In this document: piece by piece, positions 26,687 through 38,307 of the stretch
How the letters are laid out: every line of letters starts with the position of its first letter
How positions within the stretch are numbered: the first letter of the stretch is position 1
Assembly: GCA_002269645.1 (NCBI GenBank)
Contig: NIVC01003410.1
Location: forward strand, 35,333-99,332
DNA from: Macrostomum lignano
Taxonomy: Eukaryota
Length of the DNA: 64,000 nucleotides
Reading direction: 5' to 3'
The notes under the pieces: generated by a model
Database searches by the model: none
The model's input: only the letters and a program-made list of their open reading frames with translations
What the model was told of the DNA's origin: nothing
Program-made: the position numbers and the translations under genes

Positions 26687-27787
26687 TCAATACTTGTAAT
26701 TCGTACTTGACCTTGCTCTCAACAAAGCTTCCTGTGCTTTCAATTTTTTAGTTTGTTCCGGCAGTCGATGAGACCTTCGGCGCATGTGCTTGTTAAAGAT
26801 CTTTTTTGAGGCCTTAAATGGGCCCTTCATAATGAACTTAATCGCTTCTGCGGGTCAAGAATTGGGTAAGGAAAGTAAAGTGTCATTCTTTAATTAAAGA
26901 TACTGTTTGTAAACAATTTTGTAAACACTACAAAAATACAAAATTCACGGCAATTTTCTAATTTTGGCGCTATCGAGACTCGTGATTTGATGCAATCTAC
27001 ATTTGGATTTGGCGCCATCTGCATTCGTGATTTGGCGCCATCTGCATTCGTGATTTGGCGCCTTCTAAGTTCATGATTTGGCGCCTTCTACATTTGTGAT
27101 TTGGCGCATCTACATTTGTGATTTGGCGCCTTCTACATTCGTGATTTGGCGCCTTCTACATTCGTGATCTGGCGCCATCTGCATTCGTGATTTGGTGCCA
27201 GCTGCATTCGTGATCTGGCGCCATCTGCATTCGTGATTTGGCGCCATCTACAATCGTGGTACGGCGCCATCTGCATTCGTGATTTGGCGCCATCTACAAT
27301 CGTGGTACGGCGCCATCTGCATTCGTGGAAGCCTCTTATGAAAAGCAACATTATGCCTAATATAATAATAATAATTGATTACACCTGTCATATTGGGCCA
27401 GATGTGCAACCGACAGCTCAGCCGCAGCTATTGCGCGGCGCATCTGAAGGCTGCGTACGGCTGTTCAGTCCAAGGACTGGAAGGGGTCGCCACACACACC
27501 CTCAATTACCCCAGCTAATGCTGGCACCCATTTTACAGCTGGGGTGAACTGAAGCAATGCAGAGTTAAGTGTCTTGCTCAAGGACACAAATTGTTCCAGT
27601 GGGATCGGGAAACGAACCCCCGACCTTCAAGTCTTAACCACAAGGCTACAACCCCAGGCAAGGCAAGTGTTACAATTATGCTTTAAAAAAGCTTACTTGC
27701 AGGTGTGCAGCAATCGCCAGTCTGAATAAACTCTGAAAGCAGCAATAGAACACCAACCAGAAGCAGCGCTCTGGTCGCCAAATGCAT
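26687..27787 (-). CDS. Secreted cationic peptide C (83 aa; exons 27787-27697, 26847-26687)
   Basis: MHLATRALLLVGVLLLLSEFIQTGDC-CTPA|KAIKFIMKGPFKASKKIFNKHMRRRSHRLPEQTKKLKAQEALLRARSSTNYKY*. GTAAGC donor, CCCGCAG acceptor, phase 1; aligns at K11, F14 and N22-K23 of the family module. Confidence 0.8.
27005..27330. repeat. 23-bp minisatellite (CATCTGCATTCGTGATTTGGCGC) in the intron of peptide C
   Basis: Tandem units. Confidence 0.9.
27360..27660 (-). mobile_element. tRNA-derived SINE with a CORE-like central domain and (ATT)n tail
   Basis: The minus strand reads B-box-like GGTTCGTTTCCC, then TGTGTCCTTGAGCAAGACACTTAACTCTGCATTGCTTCAGTTCACCCCAGCTGTAAAATGGG, which resembles the MIR/CORE consensus as recalled. 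It ends in ATT repeats. A second copy lies at about 48045-49490. Confidence 0.7.
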
Positions 27788-28289
27788 GGCGATGAAAGCA
27801 GACTCCGCAGCCGAGCCAGAAGTATCTGCAGAATAATAATGCTACCTTTTTTCTGTTTAAATTGCCGCCGTAATAAAAATTTGATCTCTCTATATGTGAA
27901 CAGATTGGCTGAGGCGCGAGTGCCATAGACGCTTATCTGCACTCAGTTGTACCAAATCTATAAATACATTCTGGCGCTACAGAAAACAATCGGAATCAAT
28001 AAATTAAGTGAGCTTCAAATACCATCAAACATATCTAGCATTTTATTTCTGCATTATTTACAGTAGTAAAAACGCGAAAAAAAAATATTTAATTATTTAA
28101 CATTTATAAAAATTTTTTAATAACTATTCTACAAATGTACTTAAAAAGTAGAAATGTATGGAAAATACGTTGAAAAAGCCTTTTTTGCAACTCTGAACTC
28201 TCTTATAATTATATATTACTTTATTGCAAAATTCCAGTCTTGTTTTAGCTATTTCAAAGTCCCCCCATCATTGTGTGATAACTTTGGCA

Positions 28290-29270
28290 CAACTCCCCCA
28301 GATTAGCACTACTCCCCCAGATTAGCACCACTCCCCCAGATTAGCACCACTCCCCCGGTAAGCACTCCCCCGCTCCCCCTGCTTAGCACCACTCCCCCCG
28401 CTAAGCACTCCCCCCGCTCCCCCTGCTTAGCACCACTCCCCCCGGTAAGCACTCCCCCGCTCCCCCTGCTTAGCACCACTCCCCCGCTAAGCACTCCCCC
28501 CGCTCCCCAGATTAGCACCACTCCCCCCACTAAGCACTCCCCCCGCTCCCCAGATTAGCACCACTCCCCAGATTAGCACCACTCCCCCAGATTAGCACCA
28601 CTCCCCAGATTAGCACCACTCCCCCAGATTAGCACCAGTCCCCCCGCTAAGCACCACTCCCCAGATTAGCACCACTCCCCCAGATTAGCACCACTCCCCC
28701 AGATTAGCACCACTTCCCCAGATTAGCACCACTCCCCCCACTAAGCACCACTCCCCCAGATTAGCACCACTTCCCCAGATTAGCACCACTCCCCCCACTA
28801 AGCACCACTCCCCAGATTAGCACCACTCCTCCAGATTAGAACCACTCCCCCAGATTAGCACCACTTTCCCAGATTAGCACCACTCCTCCAGATTAGCACC
28901 ACTCCTCCAGATTAGCACCACTCCCCCAGATTAGCACCACTCCTCCAGATTAGCACCACTCCTCCAGATTAGCACCACTCCCCCCACTAAGCACCACTCC
29001 CCAGATTAGCACCACTCCCCCAGATTAGCACCACTCCCCCAGATTAGCACCACTCCCCAGATTAGCACCACTCCCCAGATTAGCACCACTCCCCCAGATT
29101 AGCACCACTCCCCAGATTAGCACCACTCCCCCAGATTAGCACCACTCCCCCAGATTAGCACCACTCTCCCAGATTAGCACCACTCCTCCAGATTAGCACC
29201 ACTCCCCCAGATTAGCACCACTCCCCCAGATTAGCACCATTCCCCAGATTAGCACCACTCCCCCCCACAT
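28290..29270. repeat. About 20-bp C-rich minisatellite (CCCCAGATTAGCACCACTC)
   Basis: Tandem units. Confidence 0.95.
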
Positions 29271-29493
29271 CAATAATTTCAGCCTGTAAGCGGGTACGAG
29301 CGTACGTGGTGCAGCTTCTGTCGCAGCAGACCGTCGCTCGTTGCTCTCTGCCGTCTAATTTTGGCACCCGGAAGCAGAACTAAATGTATTGATTCGTCTC
29401 TAAATAAGTCACGACGCAAACAGCTCTAACATTGTTTTCTACCTACTGTAATTATACTTGTTGTAAGCAATGCTGGAATTTAAAGACACAAAT

Positions 29494-29562
29494 GGGATCG
29501 GGAATCGAACCCTCGATTTTCGAATCGTGAGGTCCGACGCTCTGACCACAAGGCTGCTACAC
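29494..29562 (-). mobile_element. tRNA-like SINE head fragment
   Basis: Minus strand GGTGTAGCAGCCTTGTGGTCAGAGCG...GGGTTCGATTCCCGATCCC has A/B-box spacing and matches the head of the SINE at about 27600-27660. Confidence 0.6.
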
Positions 29563-30057
29563 CCTCAAATAGGCTACAATAAAGTAAGAAAAAGCATAAA
29601 CTTGCTAAAACATAATGCATGTGCATGTATACTTATTAAGCAAGTCAGTGGTAAGCTAAATAATACGTTTTATTTACTGTAAAAATACGAGCGTGAAATG
29701 CAAGCATACATAAAACAATAGTTGTAATATTTTCGAAAAAATAAACTATATTCTTTAGAAACAAGGGTGATAAAAATAAGAAACTTACCATTTACATGCA
29801 TTTTACATCTAAGCTCCAAATCCATCAAATACTGGGTAAGCTGAATTAGAAAATCCTTAAATAAGTAAAACAAATCTGTAAAAGTAAGAAACCCGGAAAA
29901 TTTTTGCCGCATCACGTGACTATCTCGAAATTCACAAGTCGACCCGGCCGCAAAAGTTCAACATCCAGAAGCTGCCTATGAACTCCAAATGATTAGATAG
30001 GTAGAACAAATTTATAAAAGTCAATCACACACGCGACTGCTTCCCAGTTTCTGCTGG

Positions 30058-31670
30058 TCAACCCCATCGATTATTCTTAGCTTTGGCCGCATCTCTAGAC
30101 GCCTTCAGGGCCTCCTCGGCTGCCTTCTTAGCCGCCTCGGCCGCCTCTCTGGCCGCCCGCTCGGACGCCTCTTTGGCCGCTTTCTCGGCCGCCTGGGCCG
30201 CCGCCCGCCTAGACGCATCGGCCGCCATTTTAGCCTCAATTTTGGACACCCGTTTGGCCACTTCATCGGGTTTGTGAATTTTGTCGGAGATTTTGTACAG
30301 CTGCTTGTTGACTTTCTTCTGGCCGAAGTTGAACGCACTCTTGGTGACCTCCTTTGCTATTTCTGCGGTCGATACGGTTGGTTGGTACGCGGAGTATCAA
30401 AATAAAGTGTGACTTTGCTAAAAATTTGGGGTCAGTAACATTAACATGCACAAGTTAGACATTAGCCTTTGTACGCGTGTACATCATGTACTTTAGGCTA
30501 GCTAGGATTTTTGCACGGAGCTGTAATTTAAGTTTGAATAACTTATTAAGTATCTGATCACGCATTAAGAAATGCATATCAGCGAGAAAATACACAGAAC
30601 GACTGTTCAGAAGGAAATGTCATTTGCAGCGGGGACATGTCCCCCCCCCTACAGTAAAAAATAAGGAGGAACATGCCAATGCTTCGTCTCCACACCCCAC
30701 CTTTGTTGACCAATTATTAAAATCAATAATTTTGCTTCAGGTCGACAAAACAGTCCCTGCGGCGCTAAAATGAGGGCCTGCGGCGCTAAAATGGTGTCTG
30801 CAGCGCTAAAATGAGTGCCTGCAGCGCTAAAATGAGTGCCTGCGGCGCTAAAATGAGTGCCTGCGGCGCTAAAATGGTACCCTGAAGTGCTAAAATGAGT
30901 GCCTGTGGCGCTAAAATGGTACCCTGAAGTGCTAAAATGAGTGCCTGTGGCGCTAAAATGGTACCCTGAAGTGCTAAAATGAGTGCCTGTGGCGCTAAAA
31001 TGAGTGCCTGCGGCGCTAAAATGAGTGCCTGCGGCGCTAAAATGAGTGTCTGCGGCGCTAAAATGAGTGCCTGCGGCGCTAAAATGAGTGCCTGCCGCGC
31101 TAAAATGAGTGCCTGAAGTGCTAAAATGAGTGCCTGAAGTGCTAAAATGAGTGCCTGTGGCGCTAAAATGAGTGCCTGTGGCGCTACAATGAGTGCCTGA
31201 AGTGCTAAAATGGTACCCTGAGGCGCTAAAATGGTACCTGCGGCGCTAAAATGAGTGCCTGTGGCGCTAAAATGAGTGCCTGCGGCGCTAAAATGAGTGC
31301 CTGCGGCGCTAAAATGAGTGCCTTAAGTGCTAAAATGAGTGCCTGCGGCGCTAAAATGAGTGCCTGTGGCGCTAAAATGAGTGCCTGCGGCGCTAAAATG
31401 AGTGCCTGCGGCGCTAAAATGAGTGCCTGCGGCGCTAAAATGAGTGCCTTAAGTGCTAAAATGAGAGCCTGTGGCGCTCAATCTGTCCTGCTCCCTACCA
31501 TAAAATCCATGGCGACGTCCCTGGTCATATGTACGTGTATGCTTGTGCAAGACTTACCAACAAATTAATAACTTACTAATGGGGCAACACTCTGCACAGC
31601 GGAGAATCCAAAGCAGCAGACAAACTCCAAAGATAATTTGAGACGTGGCAGGCTTCAAGGCAAAGTTCAT
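30058..31670 (-). CDS. Secreted cationic peptide D (132 aa; exons 31670-31577, 30362-30058)
   Basis: MNFALKPATSQIIFGVCLLLWILRCAEC-CPI|KIAKEVTKSAFNFGQKKVNKQLYKISDKIHKPDEVAKRVSKIEAKMAADASRRAAAQAAEK...KNNRWG*. GTAAGT donor, CCGCAG acceptor, phase 1. Confidence 0.85.
30760..31480. repeat. About 21-bp minisatellite (GCGGCGCTAAAATGAGTGCCT) in the intron of peptide D
   Basis: Tandem units. Confidence 0.95.
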
Positions 31671-32159
31671 TTGAATCTGGATTGCTAAATGCTATATTAG
31701 TCGTATTCATGCAAATACATGTGCATGTGACCGTCACATTTACGACAAAAAGATCGCTTTTAGAAAATTGAGAAACACCACAAAAAAGAAAATATTTGTA
31801 TATGAACTGCAGATTGGCTAATTTAATTATAAACTGCATGCAATAAAAAATCAAATGGATTAAGCCACAGACAAAACCATGGAGTTAATTATATTTACGG
31901 AGGAAAATATGTATTTCATAGAAAAAATTGGCAATCATGGTATATACATGTAGTATGTAGCATAGGTAAGATTGTGGGAGTGTGGGGCCATGCATGCAAT
32001 AAAATGTATGTTATATATTACATCTCATGTCCGTATAAAATGTCTTAACTATGAAATGTATACTATACTGACAGAGTGCAGGGCTCAAGCGGCGCGATTA
32101 CACCGCGAGGCCCCTAATCGCAATGCAACTTCAAGGTACATGTAAAATACATTTATTTA

Positions 32160-32830
32160 AACCAAGGTTTAACCTTGGGCTGCGCCCTGCAGCCCCCGCC
32201 AGTAGTCGGCAGGTTCACTGAGGAGACATCGGCGACCCTCATCCGGTGCGGCCCGGTGTCCGACGAAGGTGCGAATGTCACGGATGTTATCCGGGGTGGT
32301 CAGCTCTCGATTTGCTGGACGTGGCCGAGGGAGGCCGTTTTTTAATTACCGCGCCAAATTGAAGTAAATTGGCAGAAGTTGACGTGCAGTGATGCTCCGC
32401 GGTCTCCAGCTCTTACGAAACAGAAGAACAGGTGAGAGCGCAACCGGTTTGCAACGAGATGTCTCAGCTGGAAGAATCCATGGCTGGTTAGGACCATGCA
32501 CATCTCCCTGAGGTCTACTGTTAAGTGAGATCCTGCAGCTACTTGTGTGTAATTCGATCAGAGACTTTTCCGATCCTGTTCAGGTGTTTGGCATTCCAGT
32601 GCATGCAGGTAGCTGCCTGTAGTCGGTGCACCTGTTCCAGTGGAGCGCGCTGGTGTTGCTGATATTGCGGGAGATTTGCGACCTAATGTATTGCAATAGG
32701 AATGGGTAAAAGCATCACCAGACGTGAATTACATAAATTGGGTGCTGCCATGCAGCTCCTTGGCGAGAGAATTCGCGAACTCATTTCCCAGCATATTGGT
32801 GTGACCGGGTGTCTATAGAATTCTAATCCG
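32160..32830 (-). mobile_element. Highly degraded non-LTR retrotransposon 3' fragment (RNase H C-terminus)
   Basis: The minus strand encodes PGHTNMLGNEFANSLAKE (compare [17 protein letters not shown] at 18.3 kb), with LTSHG and ETAEH remnants downstream; many stops. Confidence 0.6.
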
Positions 32831-34334
32831 GTTAAAAATTGAGAGAGACTATATGTAATGCTGAAACCAACTTATTATATATGCATGTTACGAGTACATG
32901 TTGTTTTTTATCCATGGTTCTGACTGCATCAAATTTGAACCATTTTTTCTTGTGCCGACTCATCAATTGCCGACATTTTGATCTGATCAACGAAACAAAA
33001 TTCTGCCAAAAGTTTTCTGAAATTTTTCCCATCTCGAGGGAAGATGATCAATTCAAAGAAATAGGAATCAAACCAAAAGCAGCGACTAAAATTCATTTAC
33101 ACCACGGTACTATAAAAGCTAGCAAACTGCAAAATTGAAATGCAAATTAGATCGATTCAGTTGTCGATGTTGCATCGAAATAATGCAAAATAAAGCTATA
33201 CTCTTAAACATAATGTAAAACTATTTTATTAAGCAAGCAAATAAGCAAATTTGCTGATACTTAGCTCTGGCTTAATTTTTTGCACCGTTTTATTTGTCGT
33301 TATGTCATTAGAATTTTCACGTAAACAGCGAAGTTACGAAAGTTTGATATTTAAATAGTTTTTTAATTTATCGTAACTTATCGTTCGTTCGCTCAACTGT
33401 TCAAGCAGCGAACAATGACTGTGGTTTGTATAATAAAATGTTTGGAATAGCTAAACGCAGTCTCATAATTGAAGCCTTGGTAGTTTATTGCATGGCTACA
33501 CTTAATTCTATTTAGCTTTAATATATGTAGCTACTTCGGAATGTCCAATGACAACTTTAAAGAATGGCTCGTAAAAATGACAAATTTGTTTATGTATAGC
33601 TGAATTAAACATTCTTCCACTCTAATTCTGAACTTGAAATTAGGTGAAACACTGTGCTTTAGTATTTTATTTATAATATTTTATGTTACAATGGAAAGGA
33701 CAGAATATTTTATATTTTATAATGAAAAAGGTTTGTTTGCTGTTTTGCATGATAAAATTCTATAATGATAACATTTATTAAACACTCAGGTATAGAGTTA
33801 GTAATTACTGAATAACTTGTAACTAATAACTAATAACACCAAAAATATGAAAACCATTCAAGTTGATTCTTCTATATTGATTGTATTAGGCCTATTCATC
33901 TAAGCCACTTAGCTAATTATAAAACAGTTAATATTTTTAATTTTAGCTATGCCTAGACTAGATGTCCAAAGTGGTTATAAAACAAGTGACATATAGGCTT
34001 TAGATAGAACTCATTACACAGCTGAAATTCAAGTAAAAACGTTGAATAAAATTATACCACTATGCTCAATATATTCAGATTTCAATATTGATTCTTAGTA
34101 TAGATATTTTTCTTAATATCAATTAGGTGCTTCGCATTCTTAAAAAACAAGAATATAAAGAGTTAGATCATTTCATTATGCTCAGAAATTTAATGTTAGT
34201 TGAAACTTTGATAAAAATTTTATGACTTTGGCTTTTGTATAGCTATTCACATATTTGATTAGTTGATTGAACTCTATTTTGCAATTTTCCTTTTCAGTTT
34301 CAAATATTTTATTTTTTAAGTCTATAAATAAGCC

Positions 34335-37300
34335 ATGAATTTGGTGGAGCCCAATATTCCAGGTAATTATTTTTTATACTTTTTAATCTTAATTTATTAT
34401 CTTAGTAGTATTTTAAGAGCCTAAAGCAGAATGTGCATTAATTGCTAGTTTCACAGGTGATTTTTTTAACATGTGGTAAATTCTGAGTGGCTATTGGGTA
34501 AAAGTTCTACATGTACTTGTTAATATTTTCCCATTGTCCAGAGGATCTGCACCTTGGCGAGTGTCAGAGCAAAATGTGGACTGCAGTAGAATCCGATGAC
34601 CTGCCGACTGTTCGAAAACTAATTAACCAATGGTGCCGCGTTGACCTTACAAAGGTAATTTTCGAGGTTATTTAACCATTTTAAGACTAAGTTATTTTGT
34701 ACAACTGACATTAGTAATAAATTATCCCAATAAAATTACTAGGGTGGCATGACGCTAAAAGATTTGGCTTTATCGCGTGGCACAGAGCGCATAATCACCC
34801 TTGTAATCAAAATGGAACCTACGCTGGTTAGTTAATTGCTTTCTTATCTCAAAAGCCTCACGTACACGCCTCCACAGCCAACCCTCACCCATCCAGATGT
34901 ACACACGCCTCCCCAGCCAACCCCACCCCCCATCCAGATGTACACAAGCCTCCCCAGCTAACCCTACCCCCACCCAGATGTACACAAGCCTCCCCAGCCA
35001 ACTCTCACCCATCCAGATGTACACAAGCCTCCCCAGCCAACCCACCCCCATTCAGATGTACACAAGCCTCTCCAGCCAACCCTCACCCATTCATATGTAC
35101 ACAAGCCTCCCCAGCCAACCCTCACCCATCCAGATGTAGACACGCCTCCCCAGTCAAATCGCATCCATCCAGATTTACACACGCCTCCCCAGCTAATCCC
35201 ACCGATCAAATGTAGGCACGCCTCCTAGCAAACCCCACCCATCCAGTCCAGATGTACGCACTATTTTTAATCTAATGCACAACTCTTAAATACAAAAATA
35301 GAAATTTGTCAACGCCGTTGTGGACAATCGACCAGAGGATGTACGACGTCTGTTCGAGAAATACTCTGGCTCAGAAATCGATGTCAACTTTCCTAATATG
35401 GTATGTGCGCCATAAAATTATTATGATATGCACTAAATAGACTATTCAGTGGTATACGATGCAAGTGTCGATAATATAATAAATTTCTGCTCCTGAAAAT
35501 CGCACAACCCCTTGCAGCGTCACTCACACGCTACAGCCCTGCTGTTTGCTATTAGACACAGGCAGACAGATTTGGTGGCTGAGTTGTTAGACAGGGGTGC
35601 GCGGCTGGATGCGCCCCTGACCTTGCCAGATCAGGTAGGTCGGCCATCTCACTGCTATGTCACTTAATCTCTCTCACTTCGTCTCATCTCTTTATCACAT
35701 AACCTCACCTATCTATCACATCATCTCACTCATATGTTACATCATCTCACCCATCTGTCACATCATCTCACCCATCTGTCACATCATCTCACCCATCTGT
35801 CACATCACCTCACCCATCTATCACATCATCTCACCCATCTGTCACATCACCTCACCCATCTATCACATCATCTCAATCATCTGTCACATCATCTCACCCA
35901 TCTGTCAGATCATCTCACCCATCTGTCACATCATCTCACCCATCTGTCATATCATCTCACCCATCTGTCACATCATCTCACCCATCTGTCACATCATCTC
36001 ACTCATCTGTCACATCATCTCACCCATCTGTCACATCATCTCACTCATATGTTACAACATCATTTCACCCATCCGCTACCGTATTTTTCATCCATCCCAT
36101 TCTTCCCATTCTTGAAATATGCTTTCTCTCATTATTTTCTACGCAATAAATCATAATCTATCCTGATAAATTCCTGATCGAATTTTATCATTTTTGTGCT
36201 CAGGGCGAACTGCCTCTGCTATTCCACGCCATTCGCTGGGATCTGCAGCCAGACCTTATTCGAGTATTGATGTCCCGAGCTGCCAAAATATCCAACCGTA
36301 ACGGTCAGTCATTGCTTGACAGAGTGCAGTACAGAGGCAGCTGGTTGCTGCACTGGGCTGTGCTGGCTGACTTGCCGATGGACCGGCTATTGCTGTTAGT
36401 TGACTTCGCTACTCCGGGAGTTCTGTGCGCTAGAAATCAGGTGGGAAAGCACCAAACCAAGCTCTCGTTGATGAAATCCAATATACTAAAATGTATTTTA
36501 TGCTCAAATTGTATGCCACTTCTATTGTGCACTGTCAATTTGTTTGTAGAAAAATCAGACATTTTTGGATATGGCCAGGCCGCGACTGAGGTCGCATATT
36601 TTACAGGTAACTTATCGTATCGTTCGATTTTTAATTAATTTACATAGTTTATTGCCCACAAATTTATCTACTTTACTAAACAAACCACAGCATTAAAATC
36701 TGACCCACTGACTCACAATCTGACCACTGACTCACAACCTGACCCACTGACTCACAACCTGACCCACTGACTCACAATCTGACCACTGACTCAAAACCTG
36801 ATGCACTGACTCACAATCTGACCCACTGACTCACAACCTGACCCACTGAATCACAACCTGACCCACTGACTCACAACCTGACCCACTGACTCTCAAAACC
36901 TGACCCACTGACTCAAAACCTGACCCCACTGAATCACAACCTGACCCACTAACTCAAAACCTGACCCACTGACTCACAACCTGACCCACTGACTCACAAC
37001 CTGACCCACTGACTCACAACCTGACCCACTGACTCTCAAAACCTGACCCACTGACTCAAAACCTGACCCCACTGAATCACAACCTGACCCACTAACTCAA
37101 AACCTGACCCACTGACTCACAACCTGACCCACTAACTCACAACCTGACCCACTAACTCACAACCTGACCCACTCGACCCATTCAATACGGTTGCAGCACA
37201 AGCGAGACAGATTCGACCCCAACGACGGGAAAATTATTTTAAACTATATTCTCCGCGGCTTTGATTTGGCCTGGGACATTGTTGTGAGTACCCAATTTAC

Positions 37301-37426
37301 AAATAATCATCATTCCAATGATAGCTTTAATAAAATAATTGATGATTTTTTGCCTGCCTAATTTCAGCCACGAGACAGCCTATCACCTGAGTTGGTTGAA
37401 TGCGCCACGCAATTAGAGGTATGTTG

Positions 37427-37458
<32 letters not shown>

Positions 37459-37504
37459 GCTAGCTAGCTAGCTAGCTAACTAACCAACTAACTAACTAAC
37501 TAAT

Positions 37505-37587
<83 letters not shown>

Positions 37588-37601
37588 ATACCTAACTAAC
37601 C

Positions 37602-37638
<37 letters not shown>

Positions 37639-37639
37639 G

Positions 37640-37703
<64 letters not shown>

Positions 37704-37746
37704 TTAACTAACTAACTAACTTACTAACTAACTTACTAACTAACTT

Positions 37747-37805
<59 letters not shown>

Positions 37806-37806
37806 T

Positions 37807-37847
<41 letters not shown>

Positions 37848-37861
37848 ATACCTAACTAACC

Positions 37862-37895
<34 letters not shown>

Positions 37896-37909
37896 ATACC
37901 TAACTAACC

Positions 37910-37963
<54 letters not shown>

Positions 37964-37980
37964 ATAACTAACTAACTAAT

Positions 37981-38013
<33 letters not shown>

Positions 38014-38014
38014 G

Positions 38015-38047
<33 letters not shown>

Positions 38048-38064
38048 ATAACTAACTAACTAAT

Positions 38065-38095
<31 letters not shown>

Positions 38096-38142
38096 ATAAC
38101 TAACTAACTAATTAACTAACTAACTAACTAACTAACTAACTG

Positions 38143-38179
<37 letters not shown>

Positions 38180-38268
38180 ATAACTAACTAACTAATTAAC
38201 TAACTAACTAACTAACTAACTAACTGACTAACTAACTAACTAACTAACTAACTAAATAACTAACTAAA

Positions 38269-38307
<39 letters not shown>

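Noticed and set aside
29494-29562. Functional tRNA gene (also 57833-57897)
   Set aside because: The A/B boxes are present but the stems are imperfect, and the first matches a SINE head.
32839-34200. Extra upstream exons of the ankyrin gene (for example 33529-33568 and 34127-34192)
   Set aside because: They look exon-like, but I could not link them in phase to the exon at 34335, so they are left out of the model.
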